IMG/VR virus record: IMGVR_UViG_3300037400_002699 | Coordinates: 32,001 to 96,000 of that record | DNA length: 64,000 bases | Reading direction: 5' to 3' (one strand) | Source: a virus | Lineage: Duplodnaviria; Caudoviricetes | In this document: positions 28,888 through 39,433 of the stretch, one piece after another | Layout of the letters: the number at the start of each line of letters is the position of its first letter | How positions within the stretch are numbered: position 1 is the stretch's first letter | Position numbers and translations under genes: made by a program | Notes under the pieces: model-generated | The model's input: the letters and a program-made list of their open reading frames with translations, nothing else | Databases searched by the model: none | Told to the model about the DNA's origin: nothing

Positions 28888-31800
28888 TGAAAAAGATATA
28901 CATCAACGAAAGTCAAATTAATAAGGAACTACTGCTTCCAAAGTTCCTCTTTGATGCAGTGGTTAAACATGAGACCTCCCTTGGGGATAATCCAGCATTC
29001 CCAGAGGAGGATGACTACCCGTTTGACTATACTGTTCTGAAAGAGGGGTTCAAGGATGTATGCGAACAGATGAAGGATGTTGGTATACCTATAACTAGCA
29101 CTGATGATATGGTATCAGAACTTGGTGCTATGGTCAATATGGCGAAGGAGCTGGAAAAGCCTGTAAGGGATTCACTTACAAAGATTTGCGAGAATGCAAT
29201 CAACAGGCTGTTTGCAATACCAGAGGGTGCTGTAAACATAAGATGCAGGCTTGTTGACAAGGTTACATATGGTAGCTCAATAGGAGTTACTCCAGAGATT
29301 TCCACCGACAGAAAGTTTAGATTTAAGGATATAAAGGACTTTGGTTTATCAAAGGCTGCAATTGCCAAGAGAAGACTTATTAATTCCCTTATTATGGGTG
29401 CTTCGGACTTTTACATGTCAATGATTACGTTGTACCAGGAAGACATTAATAAGCTTAATCCAGAACTTCTCGGACTGTATGACAAAATAATAACGCTTAA
29501 CAGGTATCTTACATTTGTCCTTGATGAAGAACTAAGTGATGAGAAGCCAAAGCAGGGGTCATTTGTGGAAGTACATGTTGGAAGTAACGGTAAGAAGAAT
29601 ACAATAGATGCACAGGGTGTCATATTCCCATTGCTATTCCATGACTTAATTAAGGGATTCTTCGAGCTATTTTCAGTTCATGGTTTGCCTCTTGATGGCG
29701 AGAAGGCTAAATATATAATCGGAAAGTCTGATTTCCTTCTTGCTGAGCCTTGGGATATGAGGTTTGGAACAAAGTTATGGCAGCTTATCTTTGATAGGCT
29801 GGAACTTGCTGAGGATACAAATATTGTACCTTATGTTTTTATGGAACTCGTTAAGCTGCCAACTGAAGAATTTAACCCAGTTATGCAGGAGTTGTTTATG
29901 CAGACTGAGAAAGGTGATGAAATCATTGGTAAGCTTATTGAGAAGTCAAGGTATAACGATGGATACCAGAAGTTCCAGAATAGGATTAATGCCAGAAATG
30001 TAGATAGGTCGATGATTGCTGATAGCTATTTCACTGCTTCTGAACTAGATGGATACGATATTGATGGTGAGGAAGATGGAGACGTTATCCAAGAGGATAT
30101 AATCACAGAATCCCAGGAATCTAAGTCAATATCTGCCGCAAAGAAACTTGTAATGCAGAAATTTGGATATGATGAGCAAGAAGCGGACGAATTTGTTAGA
30201 ATAAAGTTAAGAAACGACATACCATCTCTAAGAGATGTAGCCGCTAAGTTTACACTTGGTGTGACAAGAATGTTTTGTGACTATGAGTTGGAAGACGCTA
30301 ATACGATAAATAGGCTAAACAGAACACTAAAAATTGTTGGTTCTGAAGCGCATATTAATGAATATGATAGAAATCTCAACGGACTGTCAGCAGATGAACT
30401 CATAGACAGATTCTCACAGGCAATGACAGATAATGTTAATGCTGAGAGGGAACAAGATTCTAAGTTTATACCTGTTAAGCCCTCTGAATATACTATAGTA
30501 AAAATAGATTCATATAAGCAAGCCACTAAATATGGTAAATATACAGACTGGTGTATCACACATTATAAAAATAATTATGATAACTATACATGTAACGGTA
30601 TAAACCAGGTGTATTTTTGTTTAAAACCTGGTTTTAATAAACTATTAAGGAAAAAAGGAAGTAACTATCCACTCGACGAATATGGTTTATCAATGATTTC
30701 TGTTATCGTGGACGAGGACGGAGGACTTGCTTATTGTACATGTCGTTGGAATCACGGTGATGAGAATGATGGCTCATGTGATGACAGTGTTATGGACTAT
30801 AACGGCATTAGAGAACTGATGCAGGTTAGGTTCTTTGACACCTTTAAACCAAATAATAAGTGGAAGGAGTTTATTAGTTCGACGATGGAACGCCTTGCAC
30901 GAGGAGAAAACCCAGCAGACGTATTTGATTATTATGCTTATACAAATCTAGGATTTAGTGTAGTAGGTTTCGAAGAACTGGAGAGATATAATGTTATTGA
31001 TAAAGAAAACAATTTCATATCTGATAAATGGTATGTTTCCATTAAGCTTAACAATATTGGTGTTTTCATTGTTGAAGATAGTTCATATAAAAAGAGTTAT
31101 ATGGATTTAAATGGTAATGTAATATCAGAGAAATATAACGATATTGAAATTGACACTTATGACGGTTTGGCTATTGTTAGGAGAGATAGAAAATATAATT
31201 GGATTAAGCCGAATGGTGAAAGATTAAATAATGATTGGTATAATTGGGTCGGTAATTTTAAATACGGCCCAGCTCAAGTAGGTTCTGAAAAAGGAAAGAA
31301 TTTTGTTAACACCAACGGTGAATTAATGTGTAAAAGATGGTACGATGATATACACAGCATGACACTGAATAAAGATGGCACAATGGTAACGTTAGGTAAT
31401 AAAACAAATTACATTGATGCTAATGGTAATGAAATATCCAGTGAGTGGTTTGATGGAGGTTTCTATCGTTTTAACTATGGCTTTGTTGGTGTGTATAAAA
31501 ATTATGGTAACAACGTTACCCGTGCTAATTTTATTGACACTAAAGGAAATCTTTTATGTGATAAATGGTTTAAATCAATTATTAAAGATTTTAATAGAAA
31601 TGGAATTGCTGAGGTTACTGATGAACATGAAATGTTATATACAATAAACAGACGTGGAAAAATCACTAACACTGGAAAATATTATGGTGATTGGAAAGAA
31701 TATTCTGCTGACCCAGAATGTGTTAAAAAAGAAGTTAACAAGTTTGATACCCTTTTATATTACTTGATGACAGATGGGCAATGTAATTTATCATGTGCAG

Positions 31801-31901
31801 ACGTATCTTTCCATGAATGGCTTATACAAAATTATCCAAGTTTGAATTATTCTGTTTATTTTACAAATAAGTATTTTACAGAATTTTATAAAAAGAGATA
31901 G
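28887..31901 (+). CDS. Multidomain putative internal head protein with C-terminal WG-like repeats
   Basis: Leader MKKIYINESQINKE; acidic linker ending IITES; WCIT-containing domain; repeated N(F/Y)IDxxGxxxxxxW(F/Y). Confidence 0.7.
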   Translation: MKKIYINESQINKELLLPKFLFDAVVKHETSLGDNPAFPEEDDYPFDYTVLKEGFKDVCEQMKDVGIPITSTDDMVSELGAMVNMAKELEKPVRDSLTKICENAINRLFAIPEGAVNIRCRLVDKVTYGSSIGVTPEISTDRKFRFKDIKDFGLSKAAIAKRRLINSLIMGASDFYMSMITLYQEDINKLNPELLGLYDKIITLNRYLTFVLDEELSDEKPKQGSFVEVHVGSNGKKNTIDAQGVIFPLLFHDLIKGFFELFSVHGLPLDGEKAKYIIGKSDFLLAEPWDMRFGTKLWQLIFDRLELAEDTNIVPYVFMELVKLPTEEFNPVMQELFMQTEKGDEIIGKLIEKSRYNDGYQKFQNRINARNVDRSMIADSYFTASELDGYDIDGEEDGDVIQEDIITESQESKSISAAKKLVMQKFGYDEQEADEFVRIKLRNDIPSLRDVAAKFTLGVTRMFCDYELEDANTINRLNRTLKIVGSEAHINEYDRNLNGLSADELIDRFSQAMTDNVNAEREQDSKFIPVKPSEYTIVKIDSYKQATKYGKYTDWCITHYKNNYDNYTCNGINQVYFCLKPGFNKLLRKKGSNYPLDEYGLSMISVIVDEDGGLAYCTCRWNHGDENDGSCDDSVMDYNGIRELMQVRFFDTFKPNNKWKEFISSTMERLARGENPADVFDYYAYTNLGFSVVGFEELERYNVIDKENNFISDKWYVSIKLNNIGVFIVEDSSYKKSYMDLNGNVISEKYNDIEIDTYDGLAIVRRDRKYNWIKPNGERLNNDWYNWVGNFKYGPAQVGSEKGKNFVNTNGELMCKRWYDDIHSMTLNKDGTMVTLGNKTNYIDANGNEISSEWFDGGFYRFNYGFVGVYKNYGNNVTRANFIDTKGNLLCDKWFKSIIKDFNRNGIAEVTDEHEMLYTINRRGKITNTGKYYGDWKEYSADPECVKKEVNKFDTLLYYLMTDGQCNLSCADVSFHEWLIQNYPSLNYSVYFTNKYFTEFYKKR

Positions 31902-31923
31902 ACCGAAATCTATCTCTTTTTTA
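31892..31923 (+). terminator. Intrinsic terminator
   Basis: AAAGAGATAGA-CCGAAA-TCTATCTCTTTT. Confidence 0.8.
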
Positions 31924-31962
31924 TTTAATGTTATATTTATTAAAATTTAGAAAGTTACAATT

Positions 31963-33843
31963 ATGATATACGATAGACACGAAATGGCCGTTGAATATGC
32001 GACCTGCTATGCGGATAAATCCAGGATTACTTTCATTGAGAAGTATTTCAGTACCTTCAACGCCATGAAGGGAAAGAAGACGCAGTTTCATTGTTTCCCA
32101 AGACAGAAGGCTTTCCTAAAAGCTCTGGCTGAGAACAGGAACGTTGTAGCTGTTAAGCCAAGACAGTGCGGTATTACCACCCTGTCAAGTGCTTGGGCAG
32201 CAGCGCAGTGTGCGTTTGCCCCTAAGGATGCTCCAGAAACAATACTGTGTATCGCTAATAAACTTGAGCAGGCGCAGGAAATCATTATAAAGGTTAGGGA
32301 CTTCCTGGAACAAGTCCCAAGATGGTATTGGGGTGATGAGTACTTTTCACCAGACCCTAATTCAGAGAAAAACATTAAATCTATATTCGAGAAGGACGCT
32401 AAGGGTGAGTTGAAATTGTTCAACAAATGCAGGGTTATTGCTCGTGCATCAGGTCCTAATGCAGCTCGTGGTATCTCAGCTGTATCAGTACTTATTCTTG
32501 ACGAGGCTGCGTTTATTGAGGAGGGCGTGGCAGCATTTACCACAGCTGCTGCTACAATGGCTTCTAACCCTAATTCTAAGACTGTCATGGTGTCAACACC
32601 TAACGGTAAGGATGAGTTGTACTACAACACCTATAGACAGGCTCTGAGTCACGAAAATAACTTTGTGGCAGTACAGTTTCGTTGGTATCAAGACCCACGT
32701 TTCAATAAGTACCTTGTATGGAAGAAGAAGAATGAGGAGACTGGTGAATGGATGTTTGACCAAGACCCTATAGTTGACGAGGAAGGTGGAGTCAAGTACG
32801 ACGAGGAAAGATGGGCTAGACTTGAGCACGACGGATGGACACCAGACGCTCCTTGGTATGATGAAATGTGCAAACAGTTCAACAACGACTCGATGAAGAT
32901 TGCACAGGAGCTTGACGTGTCGTTCATGGGTTCTTCTGATAACGTTATCGCACCAGAGTACATTGAAATGCAGGATAAGCTCAATGTAAGAGAGCCACTT
33001 GATGATTTTAAAGACCCGCTTGTAGAGGAGACTTGGTTCTGGAAGCAGCCGATAGAGGGGCACAGGTACATATGCGCAGTTGACCCTTCAAGGGGTACAG
33101 CAGCCGATAGAACAGCCATAGAGATTATCGATATGGATGGTAGGGATGACAACGGAATGCCTATCATTGAACAGGTTGCTGAATACGTTGGAAAGAGGCT
33201 TGGTGACGATATAGGTGCTATTGCTTATCAGTATGCTACAATGTATAACGACGCTTTCGTTGTCGTAGATGCTACTGGAGGACAGGGTGATGCCTGTATC
33301 ATTACGATGCTTCAGATGGGCTACAAGAACATGTACTACGAGGATATGAATCAGAAGACGTATATGTTGCAGAGAGCTACGAAGGTCTATGACAGCTATA
33401 CAGATAAGCTTCCTGGTTTCCACTTCCAGGGTAACAGATATCCAGTATTGGCTAACTTCGCTGGATTGGTTAGAAACAATGAGTTTAAGATTAGGTCTGC
33501 AAGGGTTATTAATGAGCTTGACACCTGGATATTCAAGGGTGACAATGCGAGGATGGACCACATGGATGGTGCTCATGATGATACGATTACGTCTCTTGCT
33601 ATGGGACTGTTCGTCATGCAGTACTCATTCAACAGGCTGCTTAGCACCGTTAAGAAGGATAAGGCAATACTTAGTTCATACATGATGACAAATTCATTCC
33701 ATGTAAGTAAACCTAAGATGGAAAACGGAAAGAGTATAGCACCAGGTATAGGTCTGCCATTCTATAAGCAAGATAAGATGAAGAATAATTATGGCAGCAT
33801 ACAATATGGGAACTATATGTGGATTTTTGGTGGCATGAAATAA
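31963..33843 (+). CDS. terL: Terminase large subunit (T4 gp17-like)
   Basis: KPRQCGITT Walker A variant; LILDEAAFI Walker B; STPNG coupling motif; VDPSRG and HDD nuclease residues. Confidence 0.92.
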   Translation: MIYDRHEMAVEYATCYADKSRITFIEKYFSTFNAMKGKKTQFHCFPRQKAFLKALAENRNVVAVKPRQCGITTLSSAWAAAQCAFAPKDAPETILCIANKLEQAQEIIIKVRDFLEQVPRWYWGDEYFSPDPNSEKNIKSIFEKDAKGELKLFNKCRVIARASGPNAARGISAVSVLILDEAAFIEEGVAAFTTAAATMASNPNSKTVMVSTPNGKDELYYNTYRQALSHENNFVAVQFRWYQDPRFNKYLVWKKKNEETGEWMFDQDPIVDEEGGVKYDEERWARLEHDGWTPDAPWYDEMCKQFNNDSMKIAQELDVSFMGSSDNVIAPEYIEMQDKLNVREPLDDFKDPLVEETWFWKQPIEGHRYICAVDPSRGTAADRTAIEIIDMDGRDDNGMPIIEQVAEYVGKRLGDDIGAIAYQYATMYNDAFVVVDATGGQGDACIITMLQMGYKNMYYEDMNQKTYMLQRATKVYDSYTDKLPGFHFQGNRYPVLANFAGLVRNNEFKIRSARVINELDTWIFKGDNARMDHMDGAHDDTITSLAMGLFVMQYSFNRLLSTVKKDKAILSSYMMTNSFHVSKPKMENGKSIAPGIGLPFYKQDKMKNNYGSIQYGNYMWIFGGMK

Positions 33844-33903
33844 GTGTAATTTAATATTTATATTTATATAGAATTATCTTATATTTTAATAAACAATAAT
33901 ATA

Positions 33904-35949
33904 ATGGCTAAGAAGAAACCTACAGTCTTCCAAGCCCTTGACAGGGCAATTACTGGTAACTGGAAATCACCAACTGATGCTATTGCACCACACGTTAATT
34001 CGTATGACCTATCAGAGCCTAAGGGTAAGGTGCTTTACACTACCGATAACAAGGAAGATTATTTACAGAAAAAGCTAGAGCTTCAGCAGGATAAGTTTCT
34101 CAAGGAAAGATGGGTTAAGGCTAACGTTAACCTGTCAGTTTCAGCATATGCAGGCTTGAATAATGTTAAGCTGATGTATCGTGATGCTGAGCTGATGGAT
34201 GCATTCCCAGAGATAGGTGCTGCACTTGACATTGTGTCAGAGGAGAGTACCATTGTGAATGATAAGGGAATGGTGGTTAACGTATATTCTAAGTCAGACA
34301 GAATACGTAACATTCTTGAGGATTTGTTCGTCAACAGGCTTAACATACAGCTTACTGGACAGATGATTATCCGTGCTATGTGTAAGTACGGAAACCAGTT
34401 TATGTTGCTGGATATTGACCACAAGAACGGTATCAAGGGATGGAAGCAGATGCCAGTATTCAATGTGGAGAGAATTGAGAATGGTATACAGAACCCATAC
34501 GGACAGGCTATGTCAATAGCTGTTAACAATGTGGTATTGAAGGACAACGACTTGTCAACACAGTTCGTTTGGATTGACGACAACCAGTCACAGATTCCAT
34601 TTAGGGACTGGCAGGTTGCACACTTCAGACTACTTACCAACTCACTCTATCTGCCTTACGGTGTTAGCTACTTGAATGCTGCACGTAGGCACTGGAGAAT
34701 GCTGTCACTCATGGAGGATATGATGCTTATCTATCGTCTTGAGCGTTCAATTGAAAGACGTGTGTACAAGATATTCGTTGGAGCTATCGATGATGCCGAT
34801 GTACCAGCATACATAGAGCAGATTGCAAATGAGTTTAAGAGAACCCCAATCATCGACCCAATCACAGGACAGGTTGACTTGAGAAAGAACATCTTGTCAG
34901 TTGACCAGGATATATTTATACCAGTTCGTGATGAGAACGCTCCTACGCCTATTGACACGCTCTCTGCTGCACAGAACATGACAGCCCTTGATGACATTAA
35001 GTTCGTACAGAATAAGGTGCTCACAGCCCTTAGAATACCTAGGTCGTTCTTGAACTTCGACGAGGCTGCTGGAGAGGGTAAGAACCTTGCACTTATGGAT
35101 ATAAGGTTTACAAGGACAGTCAACAGGATACAGCAGGCATTCTTGATGGAGCTTACCAAGGTTGCTACAATTCACTTGTTCTTGCTTGGCTTCGATGATG
35201 AGTTGACCAATTTCACATTATCAATGAACAACCCATCAACACAGGCAGAACAACTTGAGATTGAGAATATGCAGAAGAAGATTGACGCTGTTAGGGATGC
35301 TGTATCAGACCCAGGTAACGGTCTACCAGTAATGTCACAGACTCGTGCATTGAAACAGATTATGAAATGGTCTGACAAGGAAATCAAGGAGAACCTTGAG
35401 GAGATACGTCTTGAAAAGGGTATTGCTGCTGAACTTGAGAAGACGGCACAGATTATTAAGAAGACTGGTATCTTTGATACGGTTGATAGAATCTATGGTG
35501 AACCAGGAGCAGAGTACATGGACGACCAGCAGGGCGGTATGCCAGGAGCAGATGGCGGTGCTGGTGGAGGAGGAGGTATGGGAGCACCACCACCTCCAGC
35601 AGCTGACTTCGGAAGTGAAATGGATGCAATGGGAGCACCTGGAGCTGATGATAGTGGGGATATGGCAGGACAGGAAGGCTCAATGCCTACTGCTGACATG
35701 ACACCAGACCAGACAGGACAGGCAAATGAAAGTACCAGAAGGAATAAGAAGATAATTAATGAGCAGTCTAACTTATTTGAACAGTATCTTTCTTCACTGA
35801 CTGGACATACCCATTCACCTAAGGAGACGAAGTATGAGAGGGCTAAGGTATATGATAGTGAGTCACTACTTGTAAATGAGGAGTTCGACAACATGATTAA
35901 TGCCCTTGGAAAGTTTGTTGACGATAAGGATGCAGAGGACGAGATATAA
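33904..35949 (+). CDS. Portal protein (T4 gp20-like) with Gly/Pro/Asp-rich C-terminal extension
   Basis: YRDAELMDAFPEIGAALD, LMEDMMLIYRLERSIERRVYKIFVG, IDTL, DDIKFVQNKVLTALRIP, DIRF. Confidence 0.92.
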   Translation: MAKKKPTVFQALDRAITGNWKSPTDAIAPHVNSYDLSEPKGKVLYTTDNKEDYLQKKLELQQDKFLKERWVKANVNLSVSAYAGLNNVKLMYRDAELMDAFPEIGAALDIVSEESTIVNDKGMVVNVYSKSDRIRNILEDLFVNRLNIQLTGQMIIRAMCKYGNQFMLLDIDHKNGIKGWKQMPVFNVERIENGIQNPYGQAMSIAVNNVVLKDNDLSTQFVWIDDNQSQIPFRDWQVAHFRLLTNSLYLPYGVSYLNAARRHWRMLSLMEDMMLIYRLERSIERRVYKIFVGAIDDADVPAYIEQIANEFKRTPIIDPITGQVDLRKNILSVDQDIFIPVRDENAPTPIDTLSAAQNMTALDDIKFVQNKVLTALRIPRSFLNFDEAAGEGKNLALMDIRFTRTVNRIQQAFLMELTKVATIHLFLLGFDDELTNFTLSMNNPSTQAEQLEIENMQKKIDAVRDAVSDPGNGLPVMSQTRALKQIMKWSDKEIKENLEEIRLEKGIAAELEKTAQIIKKTGIFDTVDRIYGEPGAEYMDDQQGGMPGADGGAGGGGGMGAPPPPAADFGSEMDAMGAPGADDSGDMAGQEGSMPTADMTPDQTGQANESTRRNKKIINEQSNLFEQYLSSLTGHTHSPKETKYERAKVYDSESLLVNEEFDNMINALGKFVDDKDAEDEI

Positions 35950-35955
35950 AAAGTA

Positions 35956-35985
35956 AAAAGCGTGATGCGGATGTCACGCTTTTTA
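35956..35985 (+). terminator. Intrinsic terminator
   Basis: AAAAGCGTGA-TGCGGATG-TCACGCTTTTT. Confidence 0.8.
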
Positions 35986-36020
35986 TGTTTGGAAAATATT
36001 TATAAAGAAAATGTAATGAT

Positions 36021-36956
36021 ATGAACAAGAAATATAAGGAAGAGTTTACAAACTATATAAACATCATCGCAGAGGCATGTGATAGGGAGAATTATGATGC
36101 CTTTGATGCCGCTGTGGAGATGCTTAAAGAAGCGATAAACGAGCGCAAACAAGAGAAGGAGCTTGAGAAACAGCTCGATACTACCAACTTCGGTGTACTC
36201 AATCATATCTTTGAGAGCAGGTTGCCAGAGTTGTTCAAGACCAATAAGGCTGCTGTTAGGAAGGTCATGAAGCTTATTAAGGAAGACCAAAACCTTTCAT
36301 CTGAGTTTAGCTTCTACGATACCATAAGGAAGTACAAGGGCAAGATAACTGAAACAATTGACCCAGTTGCACTATTGGGTAAATTCAATGAGACAGCTGA
36401 GGCATATAAGTTTATTGACAAGGATACAATCATAGAGTCAAATAAGAAGTTTAGGAAAGTGTTGAAAGAAAACAACATCATGCCTACTGAGTTCCTTACG
36501 GAGGAAGAGAAAAAGCTCTATGACGCTGGCCATATTATACTTACCAGAAAGAAGAACCTTAATAATGTGGTTGCATTGACTGAGAGCCTTAATTCTCTTT
36601 CAAACTACATGGAGGCTCATAAGAACGACGTTGTTAAGGAAAGTGTTGACCCAAGTCAGCTTATTAGGGAGTTTGAGGAGAAGTTGAAGGATACCCTTAC
36701 AGAGTCTGAAATGTCCTTTGTACAGCAGATTACGGACTGGAGAAATCCACTTGCTGAGCAGAGGAAGGAGAAGCTTTTCAACAAGTTCAAGAATGAGTGT
36801 ATTGACAAGGTTAATGATATGCTCAAGGAGGACACAGGTAACGTTGAGTTGGAGGCTCTTAAGAAACAGCTTGAGGAACAGAAATTCAACAAGGATTCAA
36901 TAGTGAAGGATATAGCGAAATTACTTGAAATAAGGGATATACTCCTGGATAAATAA
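36021..36956 (+). CDS. Helical head-assembly protein (prohead core-like)
   Basis: Sits between portal and protease; K/E-rich helices; TATTTAT 35997-36003 upstream. Confidence 0.65.
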   Translation: MNKKYKEEFTNYINIIAEACDRENYDAFDAAVEMLKEAINERKQEKELEKQLDTTNFGVLNHIFESRLPELFKTNKAAVRKVMKLIKEDQNLSSEFSFYDTIRKYKGKITETIDPVALLGKFNETAEAYKFIDKDTIIESNKKFRKVLKENNIMPTEFLTEEEKKLYDAGHIILTRKKNLNNVVALTESLNSLSNYMEAHKNDVVKESVDPSQLIREFEEKLKDTLTESEMSFVQQITDWRNPLAEQRKEKLFNKFKNECIDKVNDMLKEDTGNVELEALKKQLEEQKFNKDSIVKDIAKLLEIRDILLDK

Positions 36957-36967
36957 GATATATAATT

Positions 36968-37333
36968 ATGGCAAAGAAATTAATAAGGTTAACAGAAAGT
37001 GACCTCCATAGGATTGTAAAGGAATCTGTGAAAAGAGTTATAAGATTGACCGAGGCTCAAGAATACCCACCAGAATTTATTGAATGGTTAAATAGTCCAG
37101 AACAAGGTGGTTATTATTGGAATTTTAATGAAAAACCAGAATGGCAGAAACGCAATATTTACCAAATGTATCAACAAGAAATGGCTGAAAAGAATTTTAC
37201 AGACGGCATGAGGGTTGGTAATAGACAAGGATTTAGAAATAAAGATACTGGCGAGATAGAATGGCATGGTGAAAGAAGCATAAATGGCTGGCCAACAGAA
37301 GGACCAACAAGGTGGACACCGCCAACTAAATAA
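36968..37333 (+). CDS. Putative internal head protein with head-targeting leader
   Basis: MAKKLIRLTESDLHRIVKESVKRVIRLTE followed by a unique payload. Confidence 0.8.
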   Translation: MAKKLIRLTESDLHRIVKESVKRVIRLTEAQEYPPEFIEWLNSPEQGGYYWNFNEKPEWQKRNIYQMYQQEMAEKNFTDGMRVGNRQGFRNKDTGEIEWHGERSINGWPTEGPTRWTPPTK

Positions 37334-37363
37334 ATAATAAATGATAAATAAATTTATACAATT

Positions 37364-37681
37364 ATGGCAAAGAAATTAATTAGATTAACAGAGAATGACC
37401 TTCACAGAATAGTGAAGGAGTCTGTTGGTAAGATATTGAAAGAAATAGATTTGAATCCAAACCCAAGTCAGTCTTCAAAGGAAGACGTTGATTATGGAAT
37501 ACCGCCATATACTGTTGTTGTGGGAGGCATAATGGAAGGGGAACCTTTTGATGATATTTACGATGCAATAGAATATGCTGAACAATGGGACAATTATATA
37601 ACAAATTCTGGCGAACACAAAAACATCACAATATATGATGAAAACGATGAAGACGTTTGGAGTATTAGGCATTTTGGATAA
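37364..37681 (+). CDS. Putative internal head protein with head-targeting leader; acidic payload
   Basis: MAKKLIRLTENDLHRIVKESVGKILKE followed by an unrelated D/E-rich payload. Confidence 0.8.
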   Translation: MAKKLIRLTENDLHRIVKESVGKILKEIDLNPNPSQSSKEDVDYGIPPYTVVVGGIMEGEPFDDIYDAIEYAEQWDNYITNSGEHKNITIYDENDEDVWSIRHFG

Positions 37682-37737
37682 TAATCAAGAATAAAGGGAA
37701 CGATATACTTGTTGGTACAAAATAACAGTAGATGAAT

Positions 37738-37768
37738 AAAAATGCAGTCAAGATGGCTGCATTTTTTA
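37738..37768 (+). terminator. Intrinsic terminator
   Basis: AAAAATGCAGTC-AAGA-TGGCTGCATTTTTT. Confidence 0.75.
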
Positions 37769-37833
37769 TTTTCATATAACTCTTGTTTTTCCAACTTTTT
37801 TTGTTATATTTTATATGCTAGAAAAAATATGAC

Positions 37834-38271
37834 ATGAAGAAGTTGAGGAAAGAGTATAAGTTAGATGTATGTAACCACATTGTTTTGAAATACGGGACGG
37901 TTAATAGGGACAACCCACAGGTTATATACATTTCTGGAAAATGCTGGGTTTGTCCCCTACACCAAATGGATTATCCAAAGGTGGTATCAAATATTGAAAA
38001 GGAAATGAGGAAGAACATCAAGAACATTATGACTGATGGTGTCAATTTTGACAAGAAGTTTATACTGGATTTTGATGTAAATTCTGAGAGGTTATCACCA
38101 TCGCACAAGATGTTCCTGTCGTTTGATTTCTACTTGAGGCAGAACGAAAAGAACAAGAAGGAACTTGCATCACTCCAGTCATTATTGAGGGGAAAGGTGA
38201 GTACAATATCAAATAATCTGGTGTATTCCTTTAGGGAAAACGATTTTCAGATAGAAAAGAAGAAGCAATGA
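37834..38271 (+). CDS. Hypothetical protein in head module
   Basis: 145-aa ORF, alpha/beta-like composition. Confidence 0.7.
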   Translation: MKKLRKEYKLDVCNHIVLKYGTVNRDNPQVIYISGKCWVCPLHQMDYPKVVSNIEKEMRKNIKNIMTDGVNFDKKFILDFDVNSERLSPSHKMFLSFDFYLRQNEKNKKELASLQSLLRGKVSTISNNLVYSFRENDFQIEKKKQ

Positions 38272-38297
38272 TATATTTATATTAAAATAGGAAGATT

Positions 38298-38531
38298 ATG
38301 AGCAAGATTGTAAATATATCAGAAGAGAAATTCAGAAAGGCACTTAGAAGTATTGTAAAGGAACAAGAAGACGTATATAACAATTATGAAGTGTTTAATG
38401 ACCAGGAAAATGCCATACCTAATCCAAATGACAGAACATTAGATAATCACGAGGAGAGTACCGCTGGGGTGAATAATATAGACCAAACTGTGTACGAGCC
38501 AGATGGTAACAAGGATATTGAAAATCCATAA
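38298..38531 (+). CDS. Small acidic protein with head-targeting leader
   Basis: MSKIVNISEEKFRKALRSIVKE; TATTTAT 38274-80 upstream. Confidence 0.65.
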   Translation: MSKIVNISEEKFRKALRSIVKEQEDVYNNYEVFNDQENAIPNPNDRTLDNHEESTAGVNNIDQTVYEPDGNKDIENP

Positions 38532-38567
38532 AATATAAAAAGCGAGACGTTTGTCCCGCTTTTTTTG

Positions 38568-39260
38568 TTATGAATTTAATATACTTTTAATCTTGCTTAT
38601 TTTCTCATTGACGATAGACTTTGTATCCTTTGTCGTGTTACTTTCAACATACTGCTGTAGGTCTTCAGCTTGTCCTACCCAAGCACCTGGTGTTGACGGG
38701 TCTGATACAACGTCCCAGCATATAAGTTCGAAATCATCTCCTACTATATACTGTCCTAATTTCTGCTCTACTGAGCCTACACCTCTTGAAGATACGCCAA
38801 TCTTTATTCCATTAAGAAGAAGGTTAGCCATTTGGTCTCCACGTGTTGAGACTATTCCATACTTTCTGAAACCGTATGATGTATTAATCATGCACTTTCC
38901 GACAAGTGTCCTACCTTCCCAGTGAAGCTCTGTAATGTTGATGGCTATTCTATCAAGGTCTATAGTTGACTCTGCTGGGTGGTTAAGTTCACCTATTGCA
39001 TTGCTTTCCTGTATTTTTTTCTGGTATATTTCAACTTGTCTCTTTAACACGTTTTCTGGATATATTCTGCCGTTAGCATTTTTGATACCGAACTTCTGGA
39101 ATACTGCGTCAACAATGAATGGGTGTGGCACATGCCATTCCCCGTCTATACCCTCAGTTATCTTCTGAGGGTTCTTGAGAAACATGTATCCGTCCTTCTC
39201 TATTAGAATACCATGTCCCGTCTTACCTTCCTTTATTATTTCAAGTTCTTTTTTCATCAC
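38568..39260 (-). CDS. Prohead protease (T4 gp21-like)
   Basis: NANGRIYP, GELNHP (His), GVSSRGVGS (Ser) and DVVSDPSTPGA. Confidence 0.93.
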   Translation of the reverse strand: MMKKELEIIKEGKTGHGILIEKDGYMFLKNPQKITEGIDGEWHVPHPFIVDAVFQKFGIKNANGRIYPENVLKRQVEIYQKKIQESNAIGELNHPAESTIDLDRIAINITELHWEGRTLVGKCMINTSYGFRKYGIVSTRGDQMANLLLNGIKIGVSSRGVGSVEQKLGQYIVGDDFELICWDVVSDPSTPGAWVGQAEDLQQYVESNTTKDTKSIVNEKISKIKSILNS

Positions 39261-39274
39261 TACATTTTTTTAAT

Positions 39275-39399
39275 ATAAATATTTCGCAGTCTTTAAATAT
39301 TTATATAATAGACTATTTAATCATGGATATGCGGAAATGGCTGTAAATCAACTTTTTTAAGGGATTTACAAAGTTTTTTTGTATTTGTGGTATATTTAT
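39275..39399. promoter_or_regulatory. Divergent late-type TATTTAT promoters for protease and scaffold
   Basis: ATAAATA 39275-81 (minus-strand copy); TATTTAT 39298-304 and 39393-99 (plus). Confidence 0.6.
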
Positions 39400-39433
39400 A
39401 TTTAAAAATAATAACGTATTTAAACTATTTTCT

